Made by a program: the position numbers and the translations under genes. Under the pieces are notes generated by a model, which saw nothing but the letters and a program-made list of their open reading frames with translations, ran no database searches and was not told where the DNA came from. A DNA stretch of 61,606 nucleotides, filler included. It is 6 parts of 6 records of this genome, joined end to end, with 100 filler letters (N's around TTAATTAATTAA, not from the genome) between each part and the next. Parts side by side here need not be neighbours in the genome. Positions count along the whole stretch, not along the records: positions 1 to 16,949 come from DRR723986_13216; 5 more parts are not named here. One strand, given 5' to 3'. Positions 1 to 8,606 of the stretch are shown in pieces; within the stretch, counting starts at the first letter, position 1; each line of letters opens with the position of its first letter.

Positions 1-2
1 GG

Positions 3-191
3 GTCTGGCGCGGTTCCGCCTTTGGTGGCGCACGCGGCCGCACCGATGTACCGAAAATCGTCGACTGGTACATGGATGGCAAGATCAATATCGACGACCT
101 GATCACTCACACCATGCCGCTTGAGGACATCAACAAGGGCTTTGACCTAATGCATGCGGGCGAGAGCATTCGCTCCGTCGTACTGTATTAA
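3..191 (+). CDS. frmA: S-(hydroxymethyl)glutathione dehydrogenase / class III alcohol dehydrogenase, 3' fragment
   Basis: Manual translation of frame 3 gives VWRGSAFGGARGRTDVPKIVDWYMDGKINIDDLITHTMPLEDINKGFDLMHAGESIRSVVLY*, the typical class III ADH C-terminus; lies directly upstream of fghA. Confidence 0.93.
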   Translation, partial: VWRGSAFGGARGRTDVPKIVDWYMDGKINIDDLITHTMPLEDINKGFDLMHAGESIRSVVLY

Positions 192-204
192 TCGGGGGAA
201 GACG

Positions 205-1059
205 ATGGAGAAAATTGCAGAGCACCGCTGTTTTGGCGGCCGACAACTTCGCTACCGCCACCAAAGCCAGACACTGAACTGCTCAATGCAGGTATCGGTT
301 TTTCTGCCCCCCCAGGCGAAAAGCGCCAAGGTGCCGGTGCTGTACTGGCTCTCTGGGCTCACTTGCAGCGACGAAAACTTCGTGCAAAAAGCAGGCGCGC
401 AGCAATTTGCCGCACGCTATGGCGTGGCGATCGTTGCGCCGGATACCAGCCCGCGCGGAGAGGGCGTTGCCGACGACCCCGACGGCGCCTACGATTTGGG
501 CCTGGGGGCGGGCTTTTATGTCAATGCCAGCCAGCAACCCTGGGCTGAACACTACCAAATGGAGAGCTATATCAGCACCGAGCTGCCAGAACTAGTAAGT
601 GCACACTTACCTGTTGATGCCAGCCGCTGTGGTCTATTCGGCCATTCCATGGGCGGGCACGGCGCGCTGACACTCGGCTTAAAATACCCCGAGCGCTTCC
701 ACAGCTTGTCGGCGTTCGCGCCCATTAGCTCGCCGATGAACTGCCCTTGGGGAGAAAAGGCACTCAGCCAGTACTTGGGGGACGATCGTGAGCAGTGGCA
801 GCAAGCGGACAGCTGCTTTTTAATTCGTGAGCACGGCGCCACTGCCCCGCGCATTCTGGTTGACCAGGGCAGCGACGATGACTTTTTAGAGAGTCAGCTA
901 AAACCCGCGTTGCTGCAGGCCGCAGCCACAGCCGGCGGCGCTGACCTGACTCTGCGGATGCAAGAGGGCTACGACCACAGTTACTTTTTTATCGCGAGCT
1001 TTATTGAAGACCATATTCGCTTTCACAGCGAGCAACTCGGGCCGACTCACACTCGTTGA
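205..1059 (+). CDS. fghA: S-formylglutathione hydrolase
   Basis: LYWLSGLTC, GHSMGGHGA nucleophile elbow, GYDHSYFFI; start moved to ATG 205. Confidence 0.95.
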   Translation: MEKIAEHRCFGGRQLRYRHQSQTLNCSMQVSVFLPPQAKSAKVPVLYWLSGLTCSDENFVQKAGAQQFAARYGVAIVAPDTSPRGEGVADDPDGAYDLGLGAGFYVNASQQPWAEHYQMESYISTELPELVSAHLPVDASRCGLFGHSMGGHGALTLGLKYPERFHSLSAFAPISSPMNCPWGEKALSQYLGDDREQWQQADSCFLIREHGATAPRILVDQGSDDDFLESQLKPALLQAAATAGGADLTLRMQEGYDHSYFFIASFIEDHIRFHSEQLGPTHTR

Positions 1060-1148
1060 GTCACGCCTGTTGCAGCGAAAAATTCGCCGTTCGAGGAATG
1101 AGAGGAAACATTTGCTTCTTCTAAATGAACGGCGCAGCGGCGGCGGAC

Positions 1149-1844
1149 TCAGTCCGCCGTTTTCTCAAACAGTAAGTCCCACACGCCGTGGCCCAGGCGT
1201 TCACCGCGACGCTCAAATTTTGTCACCGGCCGGTACTCCGGGCGCGGCGCGAATTGGCCTTCGCCCTCGCAGTTGGTAAAACCGGGCGCGGCTGACATGA
1301 CCTCCATCATGTGCTCAGCGTAGTTTTCCCAGTCAGTCGCTAAGTGAATCACGCCACCGGGCTGCAGTTTTTTGCGCAATAACTGAACAAATTCCGGCTG
1401 AATTAGACGGCGCTTGTGGTGGCGCTTTTTATGCCAGGGGTCAGGGAAATACACCTGCACTCGGCTTAAGCTCTCATTGGCGATACAGCGCTCTAACACT
1501 TCAACGGCATCGTCGCAGTAGGCGCGCAAATTCTCGATACCGGACTCATCGATTAAATGCATCAGACGTCCGACACCGGGGCTGTGTACTTCTACTCCGA
1601 TAAAGTTTTTCTCTGGCGCAGCAGCTGCCATGGTGGCCAGCGAGTCGCCCATACCAAAACCGATTTCCAACACTGTTGGTGCGCGGCGACCGAACACCTC
1701 GTCCAGGTCTATCGCGCCCTTTTCAAGCTCCAGCCCCTTGCTTGGCCAGTGCAAATCGTAGGAGCGCTTTTGGCCTTCGGTCATCCGCCCGGTACGCAGT
1801 ACAAAGCTGCGAATTCGGCGCATTTTGGTGTTCTCTTCACTCAT
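1149..1844 (-). CDS. trmB: tRNA (guanine-N7)-methyltransferase
   Basis: [34 protein letters not shown] motifs; ATGA overlap with the upstream gene. Confidence 0.95.
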   Translation of the reverse strand: MSEENTKMRRIRSFVLRTGRMTEGQKRSYDLHWPSKGLELEKGAIDLDEVFGRRAPTVLEIGFGMGDSLATMAAAAPEKNFIGVEVHSPGVGRLMHLIDESGIENLRAYCDDAVEVLERCIANESLSRVQVYFPDPWHKKRHHKRRLIQPEFVQLLRKKLQPGGVIHLATDWENYAEHMMEVMSAAPGFTNCEGEGQFAPRPEYRPVTKFERRGERLGHGVWDLLFEKTAD

Positions 1845-2218
1845 TGCACACCTCTTAGGGCAGCCACCATCAGGCAAATCCACGCCGCAAGAAAACACAA
1901 GCCACCCACCGGGGTGATCGCCCCCAGCACTTTAATACCGCTAATCGACAAGGCGTAAAGGCTGCCACTAAACAGCACAATACCTATGCCAAAGAGCCAG
2001 GTGGCCGCACGCAGCGCACCGTGTTGTACGCCCAGCTGCATCAATAACGCGACGGCCAATAACGCAAAGGTATGATAGAAGTGATACTGCACGGCCGTTT
2101 CATACACGGCCAACATGTCAGCCGATAAACGACCCTTTAAGCCATGGGCACCAAAGGCGCCCAAAGCCACAGCGAAAAAGCCGGAAAGCCCGGCCAGAAA
2201 AAAAGTGATCGACGCCAT
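1841..2218 (-). CDS. DUF423 (YgdD/TMEM256) family membrane protein
   Basis: [28 protein letters not shown] motifs. Confidence 0.9.
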   Translation of the reverse strand: MASITFFLAGLSGFFAVALGAFGAHGLKGRLSADMLAVYETAVQYHFYHTFALLAVALLMQLGVQHGALRAATWLFGIGIVLFSGSLYALSISGIKVLGAITPVGGLCFLAAWICLMVAALRGVQ

Positions 2219-2301
2219 ACTGCCCCCACAAAAACAGCGCGTATTGTAAGGGCTGGAGACCGATAGGCAAAGCTGCCGGCGGCAGCGTCGCAATTAGACA
2301 A

Positions 2302-3054
2302 TTAGAAAGGCACGCGGTATTCAACCCCGAGCGCCAAGTTATTCACATCTTGCCGGCGATATTGATTGAGGCGGTATTCCGCCACCGCATACCACTGCTG
2401 CCACAGCCGCCAGCCGAGTTGTAGCTCGGCAACCATCGGGTTGGCCGGGAAGCCCTCAGGTAGGTCTTCATTAAAGGTGTGATCAATAAACCCAGCGAGG
2501 TATAGGCGCTCACTCACAGCGGGAGAACTCCAGCGCCAGCTGTGCTCCAACTGCCAAACCGATTCGTCGCGGTCGTCAATTTGCAGGGCGTGCAGGGTCA
2601 GCGAATAGGTCAGATTGAGTTGCACAAACAGTTGGCGAAACCACGAACTATCATTCAGGCGCCACCGCAGGCCAAAGCGCAGTCGGTCATTGTCCTCGCC
2701 GGTGCGCATATTATGCTGCACGCTTAGATCGAGCGACGGTACTGCCACCAACTGCCGACGCAGATTTTGCTCGGTGTAATAACTATTCGTTTCAGACAGC
2801 TCAGCCGTAGCCGGCTGGTTATAGAAATTGATAAAACCAAAGTATGACCAGCGCTCGGAAAGCCGGGCGCCAATATTCAGTGTGAAAACCGAATCGCTTT
2901 CTACGTCATCAAGGTAGGGGTATAGGTTAAAATCCAAAAAGCCCTTGCCATAGGCGTGCCACGGGCACAGTAACAACGCGCCGCACAATACGATGCAGCG
3001 CTTGCCGCCGCGTACTGAAAACCAAGGGAATGTCATTATTCTTTGCCCCGCCAC
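2302..3054 (-). CDS. Hypothetical outer-membrane beta-barrel protein (possibly Tsx/OmpK-like)
   Basis: Signal-peptide-like N-terminus, alternating amphipathic strands, C-terminal aromatic (GVEYRVPF); start uncertain. Confidence 0.6.
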   Translation of the reverse strand: MAGQRIMTFPWFSVRGGKRCIVLCGALLLCPWHAYGKGFLDFNLYPYLDDVESDSVFTLNIGARLSERWSYFGFINFYNQPATAELSETNSYYTEQNLRRQLVAVPSLDLSVQHNMRTGEDNDRLRFGLRWRLNDSSWFRQLFVQLNLTYSLTLHALQIDDRDESVWQLEHSWRWSSPAVSERLYLAGFIDHTFNEDLPEGFPANPMVAELQLGWRLWQQWYAVAEYRLNQYRRQDVNNLALGVEYRVPF

Positions 3055-3123
3055 ACCAAACCTTGGCCATTTGTAGCGCGTCCCTCAGCGGGGGAACATG
3101 CGTATTTATGCGTGGCAGCCCGC

Positions 3124-3155
3124 AAAAAAAAACGCCCCGACTAGCGGGGCGTTTT
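3124..3155 (-). terminator. Rho-independent terminator after rpoH
   Basis: AAAACGCCCCG-ACTAG-CGGGGCGTTTT stem with a 9-U tail on the minus strand. Confidence 0.85.
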
Positions 3156-3189
3156 CAGGTGTTACTGGGGAGGGCCGCGGCGAGCGCGC

Positions 3190-4038
3190 TTACTCCATGG
3201 CCGCCTTAAGCTTTTTCATCGCCGCTTTTTCCAGCTGTCGAATGCGTTCAGCGGAAACGCCGTAGCGGTCTGCCAACTCGTGCAGCGTCGCCTTGCTTTC
3301 AGCCAACCAGCGGCTTTGCAGGATATCCCGGCTACGCTCGTCCAGCTCGTCCAGCGCCAGCGCTAAACTCTGGTGGTTGCTCTCTTCCCAGTTGTCAGCT
3401 TCCAGCAGGCGCGCGGGGTCTTGACTGTTGTCTTCAAGGTAATGCACCGGCGCGACGAAACTGCTGTCGTCGTCGCTGTCGCTGGCATCGAAGCCGACAT
3501 CCACCGAACTCAGGCGCCCTTCCATACGGCGCACTTCAGTGACATCAACGCCGAGGTCACTGGCCACGGCGTGGGCCTCGTCATTACTCAGCCAGGCCAG
3601 CTGTTTCTTCGCACTGCGCAGATTGAAAAACAACTTACGCTGCGCCTTGGTGGTTGCTACTTTCACAATGCGCCAGTTGCGCAATACGTATTCGTGAATT
3701 TCCGCCTTGATCCAGTGCACCGCAAAAGACACCAAACGCACCCCTTTGCTGGGATCAAAGCGCTTAACCGCCTTCATCAGGCCGACATTGCCTTCCTGAA
3801 TCAGGTCAGCCTGGGGCAGGCCATAGCCGCTGTAGCTTTTAGCAATGTGCACCACAAATCGAAGGTGCGACATAACCAACTCGCGGGCCGCCTCAAGGTT
3901 GCCACGATAGTGAAGTTCTTCCGCCAGTTCCCGCTCACGCTCAACACTGAGCACAGGGATACTGCCTACTGCTTGAATATATGCAGAGAGATCACCACCC
4001 GGCACAAGTTGCTGTACTGGCTGCAGATGGGTGCTCAT
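3190..4038 (-). CDS. rpoH: RNA polymerase sigma-32 factor
   Basis: [17 protein letters not shown], RpoH box QRKLFFNLR, region 4 SAERIRQLE. Confidence 0.96.
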   Translation of the reverse strand: MSTHLQPVQQLVPGGDLSAYIQAVGSIPVLSVERERELAEELHYRGNLEAARELVMSHLRFVVHIAKSYSGYGLPQADLIQEGNVGLMKAVKRFDPSKGVRLVSFAVHWIKAEIHEYVLRNWRIVKVATTKAQRKLFFNLRSAKKQLAWLSNDEAHAVASDLGVDVTEVRRMEGRLSSVDVGFDASDSDDDSSFVAPVHYLEDNSQDPARLLEADNWEESNHQSLALALDELDERSRDILQSRWLAESKATLHELADRYGVSAERIRQLEKAAMKKLKAAME

Positions 4039-4098
4039 GCACATCCTCCTCACTGGTTACGGCCTCCCTCGCGGGGGCCCAAAAATACCGACTGCTTA

Positions 4099-4124
4099 TT
4101 AGATGCCTAATAGTCGAAAAGTTC
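4099..4124 (-). promoter_or_regulatory. Candidate sigma-E/AlgU-type promoter of rpoH
   Basis: Minus strand GAACTT-N15-TCTAA about 60 nt upstream of the start; spacer is one base shorter than the canonical 16. Confidence 0.4.
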
Positions 4125-4193
4125 AAGACTAAAAGCCCGCTCAAGTGCCCGAAGTCACTGGCCGCGGGGGTTACAGCTCGTTAATAAACACCA

Positions 4194-5549
4194 CTACAAA
4201 AATTCTTGGAATACGGGTTCACCGTCAAAATGGGCATCCAACTGCGCAATCAGCGCATAGACACCCATGAGTTTACGCATAACGTAAAGGAAGTCCTTAG
4301 GGGGCAACGCAAAATACGTGCTGATGGAGGCCGCCACTGCCCGCTTGGCAATACGTTTAGGAAGGTTGCTGCGCCGCCAGTCGTAAAGGCCGTCGGCGCT
4401 ACGCGCCTCATCCGGGGCCTGGGAGGCTGAGCGCAGCGGCTCGCCGATATCCATACCAATGTCCACGAAGTTATCCAGCACGCTGTCCGGGAAGTGCTCC
4501 TTCATAAAACCCAGATCAATACTGCACTGCCGGAACACCTCGCGATCACGACGGTAAGCGGCACGCATCATCTCGCAAAAACGCTCGGCGAAGTCCGGCG
4601 GCAACAGTCGCATGGCGCCGAAATCCAGTAACACTAACTGGTCGTCGCCATCGTCATTAATACGCACGCGGTAATTGCCAAAATTGGGGTCGGTCTGCAT
4701 ACGCTGCCAGCGAAACAGCTCGGTAAGAAACAGCCTCAGCAGCGCCTCGCCCAGCGCGTTGCGGCGCGCCTGCGACAATACCTCGACGTCGCAAGCAGCC
4801 ACGCCCAGCGAACTCTCATAGCTCATGGTGAGCACACGCTTAGTGCAGTAGCGGTCGTAACTGCGGGGCACCACATAGCGCGCTTCACCGCTCAGGCGCT
4901 GGCGGGCGAAATCGAGATCGCGTTTTTCCTGCTCGTAATCGACTTCTTTGTGCAAGAGCTGGCGGATATCACCAAACCAGTCATCAATATTACGCGTGGC
5001 ATCCAGCAGCCGAGACAGTTTCAACAGCCCCATCAACGCCTGGAAGTCGGCGTCGATAGTTTTATCCACGCCGGGGTACTGCACCTTCACGCACAGCTGT
5101 TCACCACTGCTGCGCAAAACGGCCCTGTGCACTTGGCCTAGCGAGGCGGCGGCGAGCGGCTCGGTGTCGATATCCAGCTCAGCAAGGCGCTCTTCGCCCA
5201 GCTCTTTTTCCAACACCTTGCGAATCGCCCGCCAGCTCATTGGCGGCGTGTCGTCCTCCAGAGAATGTAGCGCTTCAGCAACTTCTGGCGGCATTAAGTA
5301 ATCGGCATAGGTGGCCATCACCTGGCCAATTTTCACCACACTACCCTTCAATTTACCCAGCTCGGCGATAAAGAATTCAATATTCTCACGGCGCTGAGCC
5401 AGGGCGGCCTCCTCATCGTTGGAAAAGCGCTCGCGCAGCGACTGGCGCAAGGCTCGGCTGCCGTAGCGCAGCCCCACTTTGGATAATTCCAGGCGGCGCG
5501 AAAAACCACCGGTTTTAATGCGGTGCAGGGACTTTTCTTTATCACTCAT
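4194..5549 (-). CDS. AarF/ABC1/UbiB family kinase (ADCK3/COQ8-like)
   Basis: KIGQ, AAASLGQVH, VKVQYPG, QTDPNFGNY, LDFG motifs. Confidence 0.9.
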   Translation of the reverse strand: MSDKEKSLHRIKTGGFSRRLELSKVGLRYGSRALRQSLRERFSNDEEAALAQRRENIEFFIAELGKLKGSVVKIGQVMATYADYLMPPEVAEALHSLEDDTPPMSWRAIRKVLEKELGEERLAELDIDTEPLAAASLGQVHRAVLRSSGEQLCVKVQYPGVDKTIDADFQALMGLLKLSRLLDATRNIDDWFGDIRQLLHKEVDYEQEKRDLDFARQRLSGEARYVVPRSYDRYCTKRVLTMSYESSLGVAACDVEVLSQARRNALGEALLRLFLTELFRWQRMQTDPNFGNYRVRINDDGDDQLVLLDFGAMRLLPPDFAERFCEMMRAAYRRDREVFRQCSIDLGFMKEHFPDSVLDNFVDIGMDIGEPLRSASQAPDEARSADGLYDWRRSNLPKRIAKRAVAASISTYFALPPKDFLYVMRKLMGVYALIAQLDAHFDGEPVFQEFL

Positions 5550-5590
5550 AACTACGTGGCACTGGGCGGGGAAATTGGCGGACGAGCGAC

Positions 5591-5896
5591 CTAGGGCCAG
5601 TCATCCCCGTAGTCGTGCAGCAGCTCTTCGCCAGGGGCGATATCTCGCAGCGCGACCACACTAAAGTCGTCATAGTAGATCACATTGGCCGGCCGGCCGT
5701 GATTGATGTATTTCAAGGAGCAGCAAACATCCACGTCGCGGCCATCCGCCAGGCTCAAGGTGTGCAAACCCGGCTCCACTGTTGGCGCTGTTTCGCACCA
5801 GCCAATCACGGTATCGGCGGCAATAGCCCGGCGAGCAAACAAGCCCTTGCCATGCAAAGGGCTGTTGCGCACCTTATATAAACGCGAACCGGCCAT
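5591..5896 (-). CDS. Minimal SET-domain protein
   Basis: SPLHGKGLFA, YINHG, ALRDIAPGEELLHDYG SET motifs. Confidence 0.85.
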   Translation of the reverse strand: MAGSRLYKVRNSPLHGKGLFARRAIAADTVIGWCETAPTVEPGLHTLSLADGRDVDVCCSLKYINHGRPANVIYYDDFSVVALRDIAPGEELLHDYGDDWP

Positions 5897-5904
5897 CGCC
5901 GTGC

Positions 5905-6660
5905 TTAGTCTTCCAGCATGCGCATCAGGGCTGCCCAGCTCTGGCTGTCAGCCTTGGCGTCATAGCTCAATGGCAGACCGTATTTTTTACCGACGGCCGT
6001 GGCACCGGGGTTGGTAAAGCTATGCTGAACGCCAGGGAAGCTCATCAGTTGTAAATCCACACCTGCAGAAGACATCTCCTCGACGAAGGCGCCGACTTGC
6101 TCAGCGGGCACCATGGGGTCAGCCCCACCTGTGGCCACCAGCACCTTGGCTTTCACCGCGCCCGTTTGCGCCGGGGTTTCGGTGCCCAGGCTACCGTGAA
6201 AACTCGCCACTCCCGCCAAATCCAGCCCGCGGCGCGCCTGATTCAACACCACAGCGCCACCAAAGCAGTAGCCAATCGCGTAAATATCACCTTTGGTTTG
6301 GCGCTTCAAAATAGCCATCGCCGCATCAAAGCGGGCATTCATTTTTTCCGGCTCAGCGAGTGCTGCATTCATAAAGGCCGTGGCATCTTTTGGATGGCTC
6401 GCTGTTTTGCCGTGTCCGTACATGTCGACAGCAATGGCGGTATAGCCAGCCTCAGCAAGCATCTTGGCGCGCTTGCGAGCGTAATCATTTAGGCCCCACC
6501 ATTCGTGCACCACAACAACTGCGGGAGCGTCACTGCGCTTGGCCTTGTACAACATTGCAGTCCCGAGATCGTCCGGCAGCTGAACCTTCTCGGCGGCCAG
6601 TGATTGGCTGACGCCCGACAAGGCCAAAATGGCGGCGAACAATAACGAAAAAAGTCGCAT
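5905..6660 (-). CDS. Exported dienelactone hydrolase family protein
   Basis: Signal peptide, HEWWG, GYCFGG, ADPMV, HSF triad motifs. Confidence 0.9.
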   Translation of the reverse strand: MRLFSLLFAAILALSGVSQSLAAEKVQLPDDLGTAMLYKAKRSDAPAVVVVHEWWGLNDYARKRAKMLAEAGYTAIAVDMYGHGKTASHPKDATAFMNAALAEPEKMNARFDAAMAILKRQTKGDIYAIGYCFGGAVVLNQARRGLDLAGVASFHGSLGTETPAQTGAVKAKVLVATGGADPMVPAEQVGAFVEEMSSAGVDLQLMSFPGVQHSFTNPGATAVGKKYGLPLSYDAKADSQSWAALMRMLED

Positions 6661-6791
6661 TAATTTTTCTCTCCCTGATTAACAGCCTCAATGAAAAACC
6701 ACATCGTGGTTCGTATTCTCAACATTACAGACTACACTCTACATCAACACCCAGTGGTGATGATAACTCTTGCGGTACGGACCCAAGTCTC

Positions 6792-7184
6792 ATGTCGATT
6801 TTTGACCTCCACCCAGGCGCCGCAGCCAGTGCCTTTCTCCTTAGTTTACTGCTTGGCTACATCTGGTATTCACCGCGAGTATTCGGCGACGCCTGGCGTT
6901 TAGAGCAGGGGCTCAGCGATAAAGCGGCTGGCCCGGAATCGTCGTTGCTGGCAATGGCGAGCGCCTGCTTGCTACAAAGCTGGATGGTTGGGGTGCTGGT
7001 GATGTTACTGCACAAGGGCTTGCTTCCGTCTGGCACAATGATGCTTTGCCTCAGCAGCTATATTAGCGTGGCCTGGCTATTGCGTCGGGTGCAGGCTAAA
7101 AATCGCAAGGTCGCCCTTATTGATTGCAGTTTTTTGGGCGCGACCACCATTCTCAGTTACTTGATGCACAGCATCATTTATTAG
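6792..7184 (+). CDS. Small membrane protein, DUF1761-like
   Basis: LGYIWYSPRVFGDAW motif and four hydrophobic segments. Confidence 0.6.
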   Translation: MSIFDLHPGAAASAFLLSLLLGYIWYSPRVFGDAWRLEQGLSDKAAGPESSLLAMASACLLQSWMVGVLVMLLHKGLLPSGTMMLCLSSYISVAWLLRRVQAKNRKVALIDCSFLGATTILSYLMHSIIY

Positions 7185-7187
7185 CGC

Positions 7188-7448
7188 TCACATCATGCTG
7201 CGCTCCACCTCCCGCAATCGGCGGGAATGATAGCGACAGTTCTTGCGCAACCAGAGCTCCCGGCTTTTTCGCGCCCGCTTCATGGCGGCACCACTTTTAT
7301 AGCCCTTCAACTTACGACCATCGCGCAAGGCCTGCTGCAAACGCACCGCCTCTCGCTTAGCACTTTTACACTGTGGCCAATCCGCTGCATTGGCACCCTC
7401 CAATGACAGCAGTGACACCGCTAGTCCGACAATGATCCACCCACGCAT
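7188..7448 (-). CDS. Small basic secreted hypothetical protein
   Basis: Signal peptide (ANA-A), two Cys flanking a basic helical segment, GGAGG RBS upstream. Confidence 0.65.
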   Translation of the reverse strand: MRGWIIVGLAVSLLSLEGANAADWPQCKSAKREAVRLQQALRDGRKLKGYKSGAAMKRARKSRELWLRKNCRYHSRRLREVERSMM

Positions 7449-7586
7449 CTCGACAACCTCCCTGTTGCGACGCGACCTCCCCCCTGAAGCTAGAACAGTA
7501 ACCCCGCCTGCGCAACGTACTGTTACTGATGCACCCCCACTGGCATAATAGCTGCTTTGTCACCACACCGACCGGATACTCCCGAT

Positions 7587-8561
7587 ATGTCCCGCCAGAA
7601 CCTCTCTGACTACCTTTCCTCTAACGCGCCTTCATCGACACTGGCACAACTGATTTTGTCGATTGCCGAGGTCAGCCGCGCCATTCGCGACGACCTGTCC
7701 GGCGGCGCGCTGAATGATATTCTCGGTGCCGCCGGTGCAGAGAACGTTCAGGGAGAAGAGCAAAAGAAGCTGGACGTGATCGCCAACGAGCGCATTAAAA
7801 CCGCACTGTCAGCATTGCCCAGCGTGCGCGGCATTGCCTCTGAAGAGGAAGATGAGGTCGTTGCCGCCCACAATGATGGCGAATTTTTGGTCACGTTCGA
7901 CCCACTGGACGGCTCGTCGAATATCGATATAAACAGCATGGTCGGCACCATTTTTTCCGTGCTCGGCAGCCGCGGCGAAGGCGCCGTTAGCGAGGCCGAG
8001 TTCTTACAGCCGGGCCGCCAACAATTGGCTGCGGGGTATGTACTGTACGGGCCATCTGTAATGCTGGTATTAACCCTAGGAAAAGGCGTGGTGATGTTTA
8101 CCTACGAGCCGAAATCGGGGGAATACCTGCTCACCGAGGCCGAGGTCAGCATTGCAAAGGAGTGCAAGGAATTCGCCATTAATATGTCGAACCAGCGCCA
8201 CTGGCACCCCGCTATGCAGCGCTATATTGGTGAACTGCTGCAGGGCAGCGAAGGCCCCAGAGGCAAGAACTACAACATGCGCTGGGTGGCTGCGATGGTG
8301 GCCGATGTGCACCGCATACTGTGTCGCGGCGGTCTGTTCTGCTACCCCTGGGACGCCCGCAAACCCGAGCAGGCCGGCAAACTGCGCCTGATGTACGAGG
8401 CAAACCCAATGGGACTACTCGTCGAGCAAGCCGGCGGCAAAGTCTGCACCCCCGACGGGAATATTCTCGACATTCAGCCCGAGCATATCCACCAGCGCGT
8501 CCCCGTGATCCTCGGCGCCGCGGATGAAGTGACGCAGTGCCTGGACTATCACCAGCAATAA
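7587..8561 (+). CDS. fbp: Fructose-1,6-bisphosphatase class I
   Basis: [31 protein letters not shown] motifs. Confidence 0.95.
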   Translation: MSRQNLSDYLSSNAPSSTLAQLILSIAEVSRAIRDDLSGGALNDILGAAGAENVQGEEQKKLDVIANERIKTALSALPSVRGIASEEEDEVVAAHNDGEFLVTFDPLDGSSNIDINSMVGTIFSVLGSRGEGAVSEAEFLQPGRQQLAAGYVLYGPSVMLVLTLGKGVVMFTYEPKSGEYLLTEAEVSIAKECKEFAINMSNQRHWHPAMQRYIGELLQGSEGPRGKNYNMRWVAAMVADVHRILCRGGLFCYPWDARKPEQAGKLRLMYEANPMGLLVEQAGGKVCTPDGNILDIQPEHIHQRVPVILGAADEVTQCLDYHQQ

Positions 8562-8606
8562 AGAAACGCTAGCGCCGCCTTGCCCTGCGCAGGCGGCAGC
8601 ACTCGC

